Positions 38,839-48,038 of a stretch of 64,000 nucleotides of DNA are shown in pieces (positions within the stretch are counted from its first letter, which is position 1; the number at the start of each line of letters is the position of its first letter). A program made the translations under genes and the position numbers. The DNA is from Spirochaetia bacterium (GTDB lineage: Bacteria > Spirochaetota > Spirochaetia > SZUA-6 > Bin103), in NCBI GenBank assembly GCA_965199955.1, contig CBDATQ010000001.1, positions 640,001-704,000 of the forward strand, read 5' to 3'. A model generated the notes under the pieces. The model did not search any database, was not told where the DNA came from, and saw nothing but the letters and a program-made list of their open reading frames with translations.

Positions 38839-40074
38839 GTGGCAGTCGTGATCGGCAGCGTCATCGTTTTTCCCGTCGTCATCGTCGCGCTCACCCTCGC
38901 GCTGATGGCGGCGGAGAGCCGCCTGAAGCCGAAGGGGAAGGTGAAGATCACCATCAACGGCGATCCGGAGAAGGCCATCGAGACCCAACCGGGCGACACG
39001 CTGCTGTCGACGCTGTCGGGTGCCGGCGTGATGTTGCCGTCGGCGTGCGGAGGCGGCGGCACCTGCGGCGTGTGCAAGTGCCAGGTGACCGCCGGCGGGG
39101 GCGACATCCTGCCGACCGAGCAGTCGCACATCAACTACCGCGAGTCCAAGGAGGACTGGCGGCTGTCCTGCCAGGTGAAGGTCCGGGAGGACATGGAGAT
39201 CACCGTCCCGGACGAGGTGTTCTCGATCAACAAGTGGGAGTGCGAGGTCATCGGAAACAAGAGCGTGGCCACGTACATCCGCGAGTTCACGCTGAAGCTG
39301 CCGGAGGGCGAGAACCTGGACTTCCAGTCGGGCGGCTACATCCAGATCGAGGTGCCGCCGTTCGAGGCCGACTTCAAGAACTTCGACATCGAGGACGAAT
39401 ACCTGGAGGAGTGGACGCAGCTCGGCGTCCTGGACTTGCACACCAAGAACACGGAGACGGTGTCGCGGGCGTACTCGATGGCCAACCATCCGGCGGAAGG
39501 CAACATCGTGATGCTGAACATCCGCATCGCCACGCCGCCGGTGGACCGCGAGAAGCGGGCGTTCATGAACGTGATGCCCGGCGTGGCCTCCAGCTACGTG
39601 TACGACCAGAAGGTCGGCGACAAGGTCACCATCTCCGGGCCCTACGGCGAGTTCTTCATGCAGGAGACCGACCGGGAGATGTGCTACATCGGCGGCGGCG
39701 CCGGCATGGCGCCCCTGCGCTCGCATATCTTCCACCTGTTCCACACGCTGAAGACCGGCCGCAAGGTCAGCTATTGGTACGGTGCCCGCTCGCGGCGCGA
39801 GATCTTCTACGAGGACCACTTCCGCAAGATCGAGAAAGAATTCCCGAACTTCACCTTCCACATCGCCCTGTCCGAGCCGCTGCCGGAGGACAACTGGGAC
39901 GGGCCGGTCGGCTTCATCCACCAGGTGGTCCAGGAGCATTACCTGGAGAGCCATGACGCCCCGGAGGACATCGAGTACTACCTGTGCGGTCCGCCGCTGA
40001 TGCTTAACGCGGTCCGCAAGATGCTGGACGACCTCGGTGTCGAGCCGGAGATGATCCGTTTCGACGAGTTCTAG
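38839..40074 (+). CDS. nqrF: NQR subunit F
   Basis: [33 protein letters not shown]. Confidence 0.96.
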   Translation: MAVVIGSVIVFPVVIVALTLALMAAESRLKPKGKVKITINGDPEKAIETQPGDTLLSTLSGAGVMLPSACGGGGTCGVCKCQVTAGGGDILPTEQSHINYRESKEDWRLSCQVKVREDMEITVPDEVFSINKWECEVIGNKSVATYIREFTLKLPEGENLDFQSGGYIQIEVPPFEADFKNFDIEDEYLEEWTQLGVLDLHTKNTETVSRAYSMANHPAEGNIVMLNIRIATPPVDREKRAFMNVMPGVASSYVYDQKVGDKVTISGPYGEFFMQETDREMCYIGGGAGMAPLRSHIFHLFHTLKTGRKVSYWYGARSRREIFYEDHFRKIEKEFPNFTFHIALSEPLPEDNWDGPVGFIHQVVQEHYLESHDAPEDIEYYLCGPPLMLNAVRKMLDDLGVEPEMIRFDEF

Positions 40075-40108
40075 GGGGCAGCCGTCCCGGCCGGGCGGTG
40101 CCGACGCC

Positions 40109-40972
40109 ATGATCCTGACGCGAATCTACGCGGCGTTGCGCGCGGACCTCGACGCGACGGGCAGCGAGCTGGATCGGCAGATCGGTTCGGTGGTCGCCGA
40201 GCGCCGCGAGCTCGGCGGGCAGTACGAGCGGCTGCGAGCGCTGATCGAGCAGCTCCGCTCCGTGCGCGGCAAGCTGTTGCGCCCGGTGCTGGTGCTGCTG
40301 GCGGCGCGATCCGCTGGTGCGGCTTCGTCACGCGCGGTGATCCAGCTCGCGGCGGCCACCGAGCTCCTGCACTCGGCTTCGCTGGTTCACGACGACATCG
40401 TCGACGAGACCGAGGTGCGGCGCGAGCAGGTAGCCGTGCACAAGCGGTTCGGCACGCAGATGGCCGTGCTGATCGGTGACGTCCTGTACGCTCAGGTCTT
40501 CACCGTCATCGCCCGGTTGCCGGTCTCGGACGCGGCGCGCGTGGCGCTTTTCGAGCGCTTCTGCTCGATCACCCGCGACATGTGCCTCGGCGAGATGGTG
40601 CAACAGGGCGCGTTGCGAGGGGAGTTGCCGGCCCGCGAGCGGCTCTATCACGAGGTGATCGACTCCAAGACCGCCGGCCTGATGTCCGGCTGCTGCTACG
40701 GCGGCGCCCTGGTCGCCGGCGTCAGCGCGGAGCGGGCGGACGCGTACGCGCGCTTCGGCCGCGCCTTCGGCATGGTGTTCCAGCTGATCGACGACTACCT
40801 GGACGGCGACGCGGTCTATGGCGACCGCGCGGCGCTGCCCGGCCAGGCACGCCGGAGCGCCGAGGATGCGCGCGCCGAGTTGGACGGGTTCGAGCCCGGC
40901 ACTGCGACCGAGCACCTCGCGTCGCTCCTGCGCTACACGCTGGCTCGTCCCCGACACGAAGTGCTTGCCTGA
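40109..40972 (+). CDS. Polyprenyl diphosphate synthase family protein (short C-terminus)
   Basis: GKLLRP, LVHDDIVD..RR, LIGD, KTA, FQLIDDYLD. Confidence 0.85.
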   Translation: MILTRIYAALRADLDATGSELDRQIGSVVAERRELGGQYERLRALIEQLRSVRGKLLRPVLVLLAARSAGAASSRAVIQLAAATELLHSASLVHDDIVDETEVRREQVAVHKRFGTQMAVLIGDVLYAQVFTVIARLPVSDAARVALFERFCSITRDMCLGEMVQQGALRGELPARERLYHEVIDSKTAGLMSGCCYGGALVAGVSAERADAYARFGRAFGMVFQLIDDYLDGDAVYGDRAALPGQARRSAEDARAELDGFEPGTATEHLASLLRYTLARPRHEVLA

Positions 40973-40989
40973 GGAAGTGCTTGCCTGAG
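40958..40989. repeat. 16-bp perfect tandem duplication
   Basis: GAAGTGCTTGCCTGAG x2, spanning the stop codon of the prenyl synthase gene. Confidence 0.85.
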
Positions 40990-40990
40990 G

Positions 40991-41614
40991 TCAGGCCGAC
41001 AGCAGCAGGCCGGGCTTTTCCAGGAGCTCGACCAAGGCGTACACGAACGGCGTTGCGGCGGTTTCGTCCGGTACTTCCAGAGTGAGATCCAGGTGCGAGC
41101 GGGCACGGATTGCACCGTCCCGGAAGGCGGCATCCGACACCGGGCCCTCCAGGCGCAGTGTCGCCCCGCACGGCAAGGAGCCTGTGGCACCACGAGTGTC
41201 GATCCGCGCCTCGGCGGCGGCGCGCGTCAGGGCCGCGATGCCCAGGCTGCCGACATCGTCTCCGTCGGGGAGCGCCCAACGCCGCGAGCCTCTGGCCAGG
41301 CATAGCGGAGTCAGTTCCGGGCTGGCGCGAAGGGCCATGGCCGCGGCTTTGATCAGCAGCGGCGTCAGCGGCGCCTTGCGCTGACCGCTCACGGCGGCAA
41401 GCGCCGGCAGCCGATCCAGGAGATCGCTCAGGTCTGCACGTGCCGTAACCGGTGGCAGCGTGCCGCGTGCGGAATGCCGGGCAGCGGCTGCTGCCCGCCG
41501 CACGTCGTCGAGGGTGACGCGTCCGCGCCGGCCGCTTCCGCGCGTGCGCCGCACGTCGACGCCGTGCTCTCGCGCCAGGCGTCTCGCGGCCGGCCCCGCA
41601 GTGGGCATGATCAT
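40991..41614 (-). CDS. E3/E1-binding domain fused to a degenerate 2-oxoacid dehydrogenase E2 core
   Basis: PAARRLAREHGVD..GSGRRGRVTLDDV; IKAAAMAL..PEL; C-terminal LLEKPGLLL; no lipoyl domain and no DHRxxDG. Confidence 0.6.
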   Translation of the reverse strand: MIMPTAGPAARRLAREHGVDVRRTRGSGRRGRVTLDDVRRAAAAARHSARGTLPPVTARADLSDLLDRLPALAAVSGQRKAPLTPLLIKAAAMALRASPELTPLCLARGSRRWALPDGDDVGSLGIAALTRAAAEARIDTRGATGSLPCGATLRLEGPVSDAAFRDGAIRARSHLDLTLEVPDETAATPFVYALVELLEKPGLLLSA

Positions 41615-41640
41615 CGCAACGCCGCTTCCGGGCTCGACGT

Positions 41641-42078
41641 TCAGAGCAAATCGGCTGCCGAGAAGAAGAAGCCCACCTCGGCCGCGGCGTTCTCCGGCGA
41701 ATCCGATCCGTGCGTGGAGTTGCGTTCGATCGAGCTGCCGAACCGGGCCCGAACCGTGCCTTCGTCGGCCTCTTCCGGGTTGGTGGCGCCCATCAGCGCG
41801 CGCCAGGCGGCCACCGCGTCGCCGCGTTCCAGGGCGGCCACGACGACCGGCCCGGAGGTCATGAACTCCACCAGGCTGTCGTAGAAGGGTCGCTCGGCGT
41901 GCACGGCGTAGAACGCGCGTGCCTGCGGGATCGACAGTCGCGTCATGCGCAGGGCGCGAAGCGTGAAACCGCCGTGCTCGATCATCTCGACGATGGCGCC
42001 GGTGTGTCCGGCCGCGACGGCGTCGGGCTTCACGATGGCGAGGGTGCGGGTGGGGGTTGGTGTATCGTTCTGGTTCAT
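41641..42078 (-). CDS. ndk: Nucleoside diphosphate kinase
   Basis: TLAIVKPDA, FYAVH..RPF, MTSGP, NSTHGSDS. Confidence 0.96.
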   Translation of the reverse strand: MNQNDTPTPTRTLAIVKPDAVAAGHTGAIVEMIEHGGFTLRALRMTRLSIPQARAFYAVHAERPFYDSLVEFMTSGPVVVAALERGDAVAAWRALMGATNPEEADEGTVRARFGSSIERNSTHGSDSPENAAAEVGFFFSAADLL

Positions 42079-42124
42079 GGTCTGGCGGAACCGTAGCACG
42101 AACGGGACAGATTTCGGAAGCATG

Positions 42125-42171
42125 CCTACATTAATGTAGGTTCGGCGGCGGAGAGCCTACCGAAACGTAGG
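42125..42171. promoter_or_regulatory. Two palindromic CCTAC-N6-GTAGG boxes upstream of glnA (putative enhancer sites)
   Basis: CCTACATTAATGTAGG at 42125-42140 and CCTACCGAAACGTAGG at 42156-42171. Confidence 0.7.
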
Positions 42172-42203
42172 ACAGGTGAAGGTCTGAGGGGCTCTTTGCC
42201 TAT

Positions 42204-42219
42204 TGGCATGATTTCTGTT
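42204..42219 (+). promoter_or_regulatory. Sigma54 (-24/-12) promoter of glnA
   Basis: TGGCATGATTTCTGTT: GG-N10-GT, a variant -12 element. Confidence 0.65.
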
Positions 42220-42244
42220 TATAAAACGGCGGAGAGGAGGGTTC

Positions 42245-43669
42245 ATGAAGGAACTCAAAACGGTTTCAGACGCACTGAAGCTGATTCAAGACGAAAACGT
42301 GGAGGTCGTCGACCTGCGGTTCATCGACTTCCCGGGCATCTGGCAACATTTTTCGGTTCCGGCGCGCTCGCTGGACGTCGACGACTTCGAGAGTGGCTTG
42401 GGGTTCGATGGATCGAGCATTCGCGGCTGGCAGTCCATCAACGAGTCCGACATGCTGATCGTGCCGGATCCGTCGACCGGCTTCATCGATCCGTTCATGG
42501 CTCGCAAGACGCTGGTATTCGTCTGCGACATCCGCGATCCGATCACGGGTGAGGACTATACGCGCGACCCGCGCCACATCGCGCGCAAGGCGGTGTCCTA
42601 CCTGGCGTCCACCGGCCTCGGCGACACGGCGTTCTTCGGGCCGGAGGCGGAGTTCTTCGTCTTCGACGACATCCGCTTCGACCAGAACGAGCACTCGGGC
42701 TTCTACTACATCGACTCCGAGGAAGGGCGTTGGAACGCCGGCCGGGACGAGCAGCCCAACCTGGGCTACAAGCCCCGCTACAAGGAAGGGTACTTCCCGG
42801 TGCCCCCGACCGATTCGCAGCAGGACCTGCGCAGCGAGATGATGCTGATCATGGAGGAGATCGGCGTGTCGGTCGAAGCCCAGCACCACGAGGTCGCCAC
42901 CGGCGGACAGGGCGAGATCGACATGCGCTTCGCCCCCATGGTGGAGATGGCCGACCGGATGATGAAGTACAAGTACGTCGTCAAGAACACCGCGCGGCGC
43001 TACAACAAGACGGCCACCTTCATGCCGAAGCCGCTGTTCAACGACAACGGCACCGGCATGCACACGCACCTGTCGATCTGGAAGGGCGAGGAGAACCTGT
43101 TCGCCGGCGACGGCTACGCGGGCCTGTCGGAAATGGCGCTGAACGCCATCGGCGGTATCCTCCGCCACGCGCCGGCGCTGCTGGCGTTCACCAACCCGTC
43201 GACCAACAGCTACAAGCGGCTGGTTCCCGGGTTCGAGGCGCCGGTCAACCTGGCCTACTCGCGCCGCAACCGCAGCGCCGCGGTGCGCATCCCGATGTAC
43301 TCGAACTCGCCGAAGGCGAAGCGGGCCGAGTTCCGCTGTCCCGATCCGTCGGCCAATCCGTACCTGGCGTTCGCGGCGCTCCTGATGGCCGCCGTCGACG
43401 GCATCATGACCAAGGCCGATCCCGGCGAGCCGCTGGACCGCGACCTGTACGACCTGCCGCCGGAGGAGCTGGCCAAGGTGCCGACCACCCCCGGTTCGCT
43501 GCGAGAGGCGCTGGGCGCGCTGGCCGACGACCACGAGTTCCTGACCAAGGGCGATGTCTTCACCGAGGACGTGATCGAGACGTGGATCGACTACAAGATC
43601 GAGAACGAGGTCCAGGAGATGGATCTGCGTCCGCACCCGTGGGAGTTCGCGCTCTACTACGACATTTGA
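42245..43669 (+). CDS. glnA: Glutamine synthetase type I-beta
   Basis: [47 protein letters not shown]; adenylylation site DLYDLP. Confidence 0.98.
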   Translation: MKELKTVSDALKLIQDENVEVVDLRFIDFPGIWQHFSVPARSLDVDDFESGLGFDGSSIRGWQSINESDMLIVPDPSTGFIDPFMARKTLVFVCDIRDPITGEDYTRDPRHIARKAVSYLASTGLGDTAFFGPEAEFFVFDDIRFDQNEHSGFYYIDSEEGRWNAGRDEQPNLGYKPRYKEGYFPVPPTDSQQDLRSEMMLIMEEIGVSVEAQHHEVATGGQGEIDMRFAPMVEMADRMMKYKYVVKNTARRYNKTATFMPKPLFNDNGTGMHTHLSIWKGEENLFAGDGYAGLSEMALNAIGGILRHAPALLAFTNPSTNSYKRLVPGFEAPVNLAYSRRNRSAAVRIPMYSNSPKAKRAEFRCPDPSANPYLAFAALLMAAVDGIMTKADPGEPLDRDLYDLPPEELAKVPTTPGSLREALGALADDHEFLTKGDVFTEDVIETWIDYKIENEVQEMDLRPHPWEFALYYDI

Positions 43670-43812
43670 CGCCTGGGACAGTTCGACGCGGTTTCGGGGA
43701 TACTTGACGCGCTACGAAACCTGAGGAAACGAAGCGTCACGGCACGGTCGGTGCCCCGCTGGCACTGCGCCGGCGGGTCATCGTCCGCTGTCCCGAGATC
43801 GATGCCGAGTTC

Positions 43813-46800
43813 GTGGACGAGCACCTGTCGCGGCTCGGTGAACGGTACCTGAACACGTTCACCGAGCCCGAGCTCGTCCGGCATGCGCGCGCGGCCCACC
43901 GCCTTGGGCCCCAGATGCCGGCTAACGTCTCGGTGGAAGCGACAGCGTTCGAGCGGTTTGTCTGCACGGTGGTCGCCTTCGACTACCGGGACGAGTTCTC
44001 GCTGATCACCGGCGTGCTCGGCTCCCTGGGCCTGAACATCGAGCAGGGCCACGCCTTTACCTACGCACGGGACCCGCGGTCAAACGCCTCGGAGCAGGGC
44101 GCGGTGTCCCGCAGGACGCGCCGGCGGCGCCGCGTCGATCCGCGCCGCGCACCGCTGGGGTTCTCTGCCGAGCCCGTCGAAGCCCGAGGTGCGCTGCGGG
44201 CACGGATGGTCGATCGCTTCATAGGCCACGTGCCGCCGGCCCGCGCCGCGCGTTTCGCGGAGCAGGCGGCCGCGGAACTGCGATCCGTCCTGGCAGTGCT
44301 GGAGCGGGACGGGCGCGACGCCGCCAAGCAGCATGTGGATGAGTTGGTGGCCCGGGCGGTAGCCGCAGACGTTCAGCAGGAACCGGTCCTCTACCCGGTC
44401 GAAGTGCATGCGGAGGTGCTGCCCGACGGCACGGACGGCCAGTCGGGACGCGCCCGCCTGGCGATCGCCTCTCAGGACACACCGTTCTTCCTCTATTCCT
44501 TCGCCACCGCGCTGTCCACGCTGGGAGTGGTCATCGACCAGGTGGTGATCACCACCGAGGCCGGGCGCATCGCGGACGAGTTCGTGGTGTCGGCCGCCGC
44601 CGGCACCACGCTGGCGGCGGCGGAGGACCTGGCGCGCATCGAGCTGGCGGCGCTGCTGACCAAGCAGTTCACGCACTTCCTGGGCAGCGCCCCGGACCCG
44701 TTCGCGGCCCTGGGCCGCTTCGGCCAACTGGCCGGCGAGTTGCTGCAGCGCCCTTCGCGGATCGGGTGGGCGGAGTTGCTGAGCGACTCCGCGGTGCTCC
44801 GCGGCCTGGCGCGCCTGCTCGGCGCCAGCGACTACCTGTGGGAGGACTTCGTCCGGCTGCAGTACGAAACGCTGTTGCCGCGGCTGCGCGATACCGGCGC
44901 CACCGGCTACTCCGAACCGGCCGGGACCTGCGCGGCGCGGCTCGCCGAGGCGGTGGCGCGGGCACCGGAGGACCGTGCCACCAGAAAGAGCGCGCTCAAC
45001 GACTTCAAGGACCGGGAAGTGTTCCTCCTCGATCTCGATCACCTCCTCACCGACGGATTCGGGTTCCGGGAGCTGAGCGAACGGCTCACCGAACTGGCCG
45101 AAGCAGTGGTGGCCGCGGCCGTCGCGATGGCGTTCGGCGAGTTGCGCGCGCGGCACGGTACGCCGTGCACGTTCGCGGGTCTGGAATCGCGCTGCGCGGT
45201 GCTTGCGCTCGGCAAGTTCGGAGGCCGGGCGCTGGGATATGCCTCCGATATCGAACTGCTGTTCGTGTACGGCGATCAGGGGAGCACGACCGGTCCCGAA
45301 CCGCTGCCGAACCGGGAGTTCTACCAGCGGCTGGTGCGCGAAACCGAGGAGGTCATCGCGGCCAAGCGCGAAGGGATCTTCGACGTGGACACGCGCCTGC
45401 GACCCTACGGCGAATCCGGGCCGCTCGCGTGCAGCCTGGAGACGTTCGCGTCCTACTACGACGCCGACGGAGCGGCGCTGTCGTACGAGCGCCTGGCGCT
45501 GGTCAGGCTGCGCGCGGTGGCCGGCGACGCCGCGCTGGGGTCGCGGGTCGAGCGGCTGCGGGACAGCATGCTCTACACGCGCGGGTCGCTCGACATGGCA
45601 TCGCTTGCCGACCTGCGCGCGCGGCAGGTGCGCGAGAAGTGCCCGGGCGGCGTGGCCAACGCCAAGTTCAGCCCCGGGGCCCTCGTGGATGTCGAGTACA
45701 CGGTGCAGATCCTGCAGGTCGTGCATGGCTCGGCTACTCCCGCCCTGCGGACGCCGAGCGTGCACGCCGCGCTGGATGAGCTGCGCAGGCTGGAGGTGAT
45801 CGAACCGGCGGACGCGCAGGCGCTGGCTGCCGCCTACGACTTCCTGCGGCGCCTGATCAACGGACTGCGCATGCTGCGCGGCTCGGCGCGGGATCTGCTG
45901 CTGCCCGCCACCGACAGCGCCGAGTACGCGCACCTGGCGCGGCGCATCGGCTACGGGGGCCGGGGCGGTCTGGGCGAGGCGGCGCAGCTCCGTGCCGACT
46001 TCGAGGTGCACACGGCGGCGGTCCGGGCGTTCGTGGACCGCCGGTTCGGTCACGAGTCCGTCCCCTGGGGCGCCGATGCGGTCGGGCCGGCGGATCTGGT
46101 GATCGCGGTGGGCTCGGACCGGGTGCCGACGGATGCGGAGCTGGCGTTCCTGCGCCGGGCCGGTTTCCGCGACTCGGGACGGGCGATGCGCAACATCGTC
46201 GGCATCGCCCATCGGTCGGGGGTGGGTCAGGCGGAGGTGGCCGGGCGCGGCGACGGCGAGCAGCGCCGCACCCTGGCGCGCCTGATGGTACTGGCGCTCG
46301 ACGACCTTGCGCGCAGCGCCGATCCGGATATGGCGCTCAACAACTGGGAGCGTTTCGTGGCCGTGCAGCCGGACCCGCCGGCGCACCTGGCGGGGATGCT
46401 GGAACAGCCGGTGCGGCTGGGGCTGCTGCTGTCGATGTTCGCGACCAGCCAGTTCCTGGTCGACTCCCTGGTGCGGAACCCGGAGTTCCTCGACTGGATC
46501 GCCGACGAGCGGCGCCTGCACGGGCCCCGTTCGCTGCAGGCGATGCTGGGCGACCTGCGCGCGCTGTCGTCACAGGCCGCCGACCACGAGCGCTGGCTGC
46601 GCTCCATCCGGCTGTTCCGCCGCCGGGAGATGCTGCGCATCGCTGCCCGCGACTTCTACCTGGGCGCCCCGATCGCGGTGACGACCGCGGAGCTGGCGAC
46701 GGTCGCCGACGCGGTGGTGACCGTGGCACTGGAGCGCGTCGGTGCCGACCTGCATGGGGAGCTGGGCGACGGCGTGGCGATCCTGGCGTTCGGCAAGCTG

Positions 46801-47628
46801 GGAGGACGCGAGCTCAACTACAGCTCGGACATCGACCTGGCGACCGTGTACGACGCGCGCAAGGCCGGCCTGCGGGAGCGCGCCGCCGGGCTCACGACCC
46901 GGCTGCGGCAGGATCTGAGCGCGCACACCGGCGATCAGCACGCCTACCGGGTGGACCTGCGGCTGCGGCCGTACGGCGGGTCGGGGGAACTGGTCACCGG
47001 CTCGACGGCGTTCGTCGACTACTACGAACGCCGCGCCGGACTGTGGGAGGTCCAGGCGCTGCTGCGCTGTCGCGCCATCGCCGGCGACGTCGCGTTCGGG
47101 GAACGGCTGCTCAGGCGCCTGCAGCCGGTCATCCGGCGCGGCTTCGACCACGCCGAGGTGTCGGCCACGGTCGCGCGGATGCGCGACGCGCACACGGCTG
47201 CCTCGGCGGTGGCGGCGGCGGGGCCGGGCCGCCTGCGGCGCGGGATAGACGTCAAGAACGGCCGCGGGGGCATCCGGGACGTCGAGTTCCTGGTGCAGGG
47301 GCTGCAGCTCACCAACGCCCGTGAGCATCCGGGCGTGCTGACCGGCCATACGCCCAGCGGTATCGAGCGGCTGGCGGAGGCCGGTCTGCTGGCCGACGAC
47401 CGGGCGAGGGAGCTTGCCGGCGACTACGCGCTTCTGCGCCGCACCGAACACCTGCTGCAGGTGCTGGACGATCGCCAGGTGCACGCCATCCCCGCCGACG
47501 GACCCGCGTTGATCGCGCTGGCCCGGCGCCTTCTTGGCGCGGAGGCGACCGAGCGGACACTCGCCGAGACGCTCGCCGCCGCGAGCGAGCGCGTGCACGC
47601 CGCGTACCGCCACTGGCTGTCGTCCTGA
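43813..47628 (+). CDS. glnE: Glutamine synthetase adenylyltransferase with N-terminal ACT-like extension
   Basis: Two nucleotidyltransferase modules (GKFGGRALGYASDIE..VDTRLRPYG; GKLGGRELNYSSDID..VDLRLRPYG); adjacent to glnA; true start may lie upstream. Confidence 0.88.
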   Translation: MDEHLSRLGERYLNTFTEPELVRHARAAHRLGPQMPANVSVEATAFERFVCTVVAFDYRDEFSLITGVLGSLGLNIEQGHAFTYARDPRSNASEQGAVSRRTRRRRRVDPRRAPLGFSAEPVEARGALRARMVDRFIGHVPPARAARFAEQAAAELRSVLAVLERDGRDAAKQHVDELVARAVAADVQQEPVLYPVEVHAEVLPDGTDGQSGRARLAIASQDTPFFLYSFATALSTLGVVIDQVVITTEAGRIADEFVVSAAAGTTLAAAEDLARIELAALLTKQFTHFLGSAPDPFAALGRFGQLAGELLQRPSRIGWAELLSDSAVLRGLARLLGASDYLWEDFVRLQYETLLPRLRDTGATGYSEPAGTCAARLAEAVARAPEDRATRKSALNDFKDREVFLLDLDHLLTDGFGFRELSERLTELAEAVVAAAVAMAFGELRARHGTPCTFAGLESRCAVLALGKFGGRALGYASDIELLFVYGDQGSTTGPEPLPNREFYQRLVRETEEVIAAKREGIFDVDTRLRPYGESGPLACSLETFASYYDADGAALSYERLALVRLRAVAGDAALGSRVERLRDSMLYTRGSLDMASLADLRARQVREKCPGGVANAKFSPGALVDVEYTVQILQVVHGSATPALRTPSVHAALDELRRLEVIEPADAQALAAAYDFLRRLINGLRMLRGSARDLLLPATDSAEYAHLARRIGYGGRGGLGEAAQLRADFEVHTAAVRAFVDRRFGHESVPWGADAVGPADLVIAVGSDRVPTDAELAFLRRAGFRDSGRAMRNIVGIAHRSGVGQAEVAGRGDGEQRRTLARLMVLALDDLARSADPDMALNNWERFVAVQPDPPAHLAGMLEQPVRLGLLLSMFATSQFLVDSLVRNPEFLDWIADERRLHGPRSLQAMLGDLRALSSQAADHERWLRSIRLFRRREMLRIAARDFYLGAPIAVTTAELATVADAVVTVALERVGADLHGELGDGVAILAFGKLGGRELNYSSDIDLATVYDARKAGLRERAAGLTTRLRQDLSAHTGDQHAYRVDLRLRPYGGSGELVTGSTAFVDYYERRAGLWEVQALLRCRAIAGDVAFGERLLRRLQPVIRRGFDHAEVSATVARMRDAHTAASAVAAAGPGRLRRGIDVKNGRGGIRDVEFLVQGLQLTNAREHPGVLTGHTPSGIERLAEAGLLADDRARELAGDYALLRRTEHLLQVLDDRQVHAIPADGPALIALARRLLGAEATERTLAETLAAASERVHAAYRHWLSS

Positions 47629-47634
47629 CACAAG

Positions 47635-47666
47635 GAGAGGGTCCCGGCAGCAACCGGGACCCTCTC
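47635..47666. terminator. Hairpin between convergent glnE and glnK (probable bidirectional terminator)
   Basis: GAGAGGGTCCCGG-CAGCAA-CCGGGACCCTCTC, 13-bp perfect stem; no strong U tract. Confidence 0.65.
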
Positions 47667-47686
47667 TCGCGCTGACGGACGCGTGG

Positions 47687-48028
47687 CTACCCGATGGCCG
47701 CCTCGCCGCGCTCGCCGGAGCGGATGCGAATGCACTCCGGCAGGTCCAATATGAATATCTTGCCGTCCCCGATCGAGTCGGTTCGGGCGCCGCGGATGAT
47801 GGCGTCGGTGGTGCGGTCGACGAAGCCCTCGTTGACCGCGACCTCCAGGCGCACCTTCTTGAGCAGGTTCACCTCGGTCTCGACGCCGCGATAGGTCTCC
47901 GTGTAGCCGCGCTGCTGGCCGCAGCCGAGCGCGTTGGTCACCGACATCTTGAAGACCTCTTCCTTGTAGAGCTCCTGCTTCACGTCGCCAAGCTTGTGGG
48001 GCTGTATGTACGCAATGATCAGTTTCAC
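47687..48028 (-). CDS. glnK: P-II nitrogen regulatory protein
   Basis: [11 protein letters not shown]-loop, [20 protein letters not shown]; directly downstream of amtB. Confidence 0.93.
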   Translation of the reverse strand: MKLIIAYIQPHKLGDVKQELYKEEVFKMSVTNALGCGQQRGYTETYRGVETEVNLLKKVRLEVAVNEGFVDRTTDAIIRGARTDSIGDGKIFILDLPECIRIRSGERGEAAIG

Positions 48029-48038
48029 GGTTCGCCTC

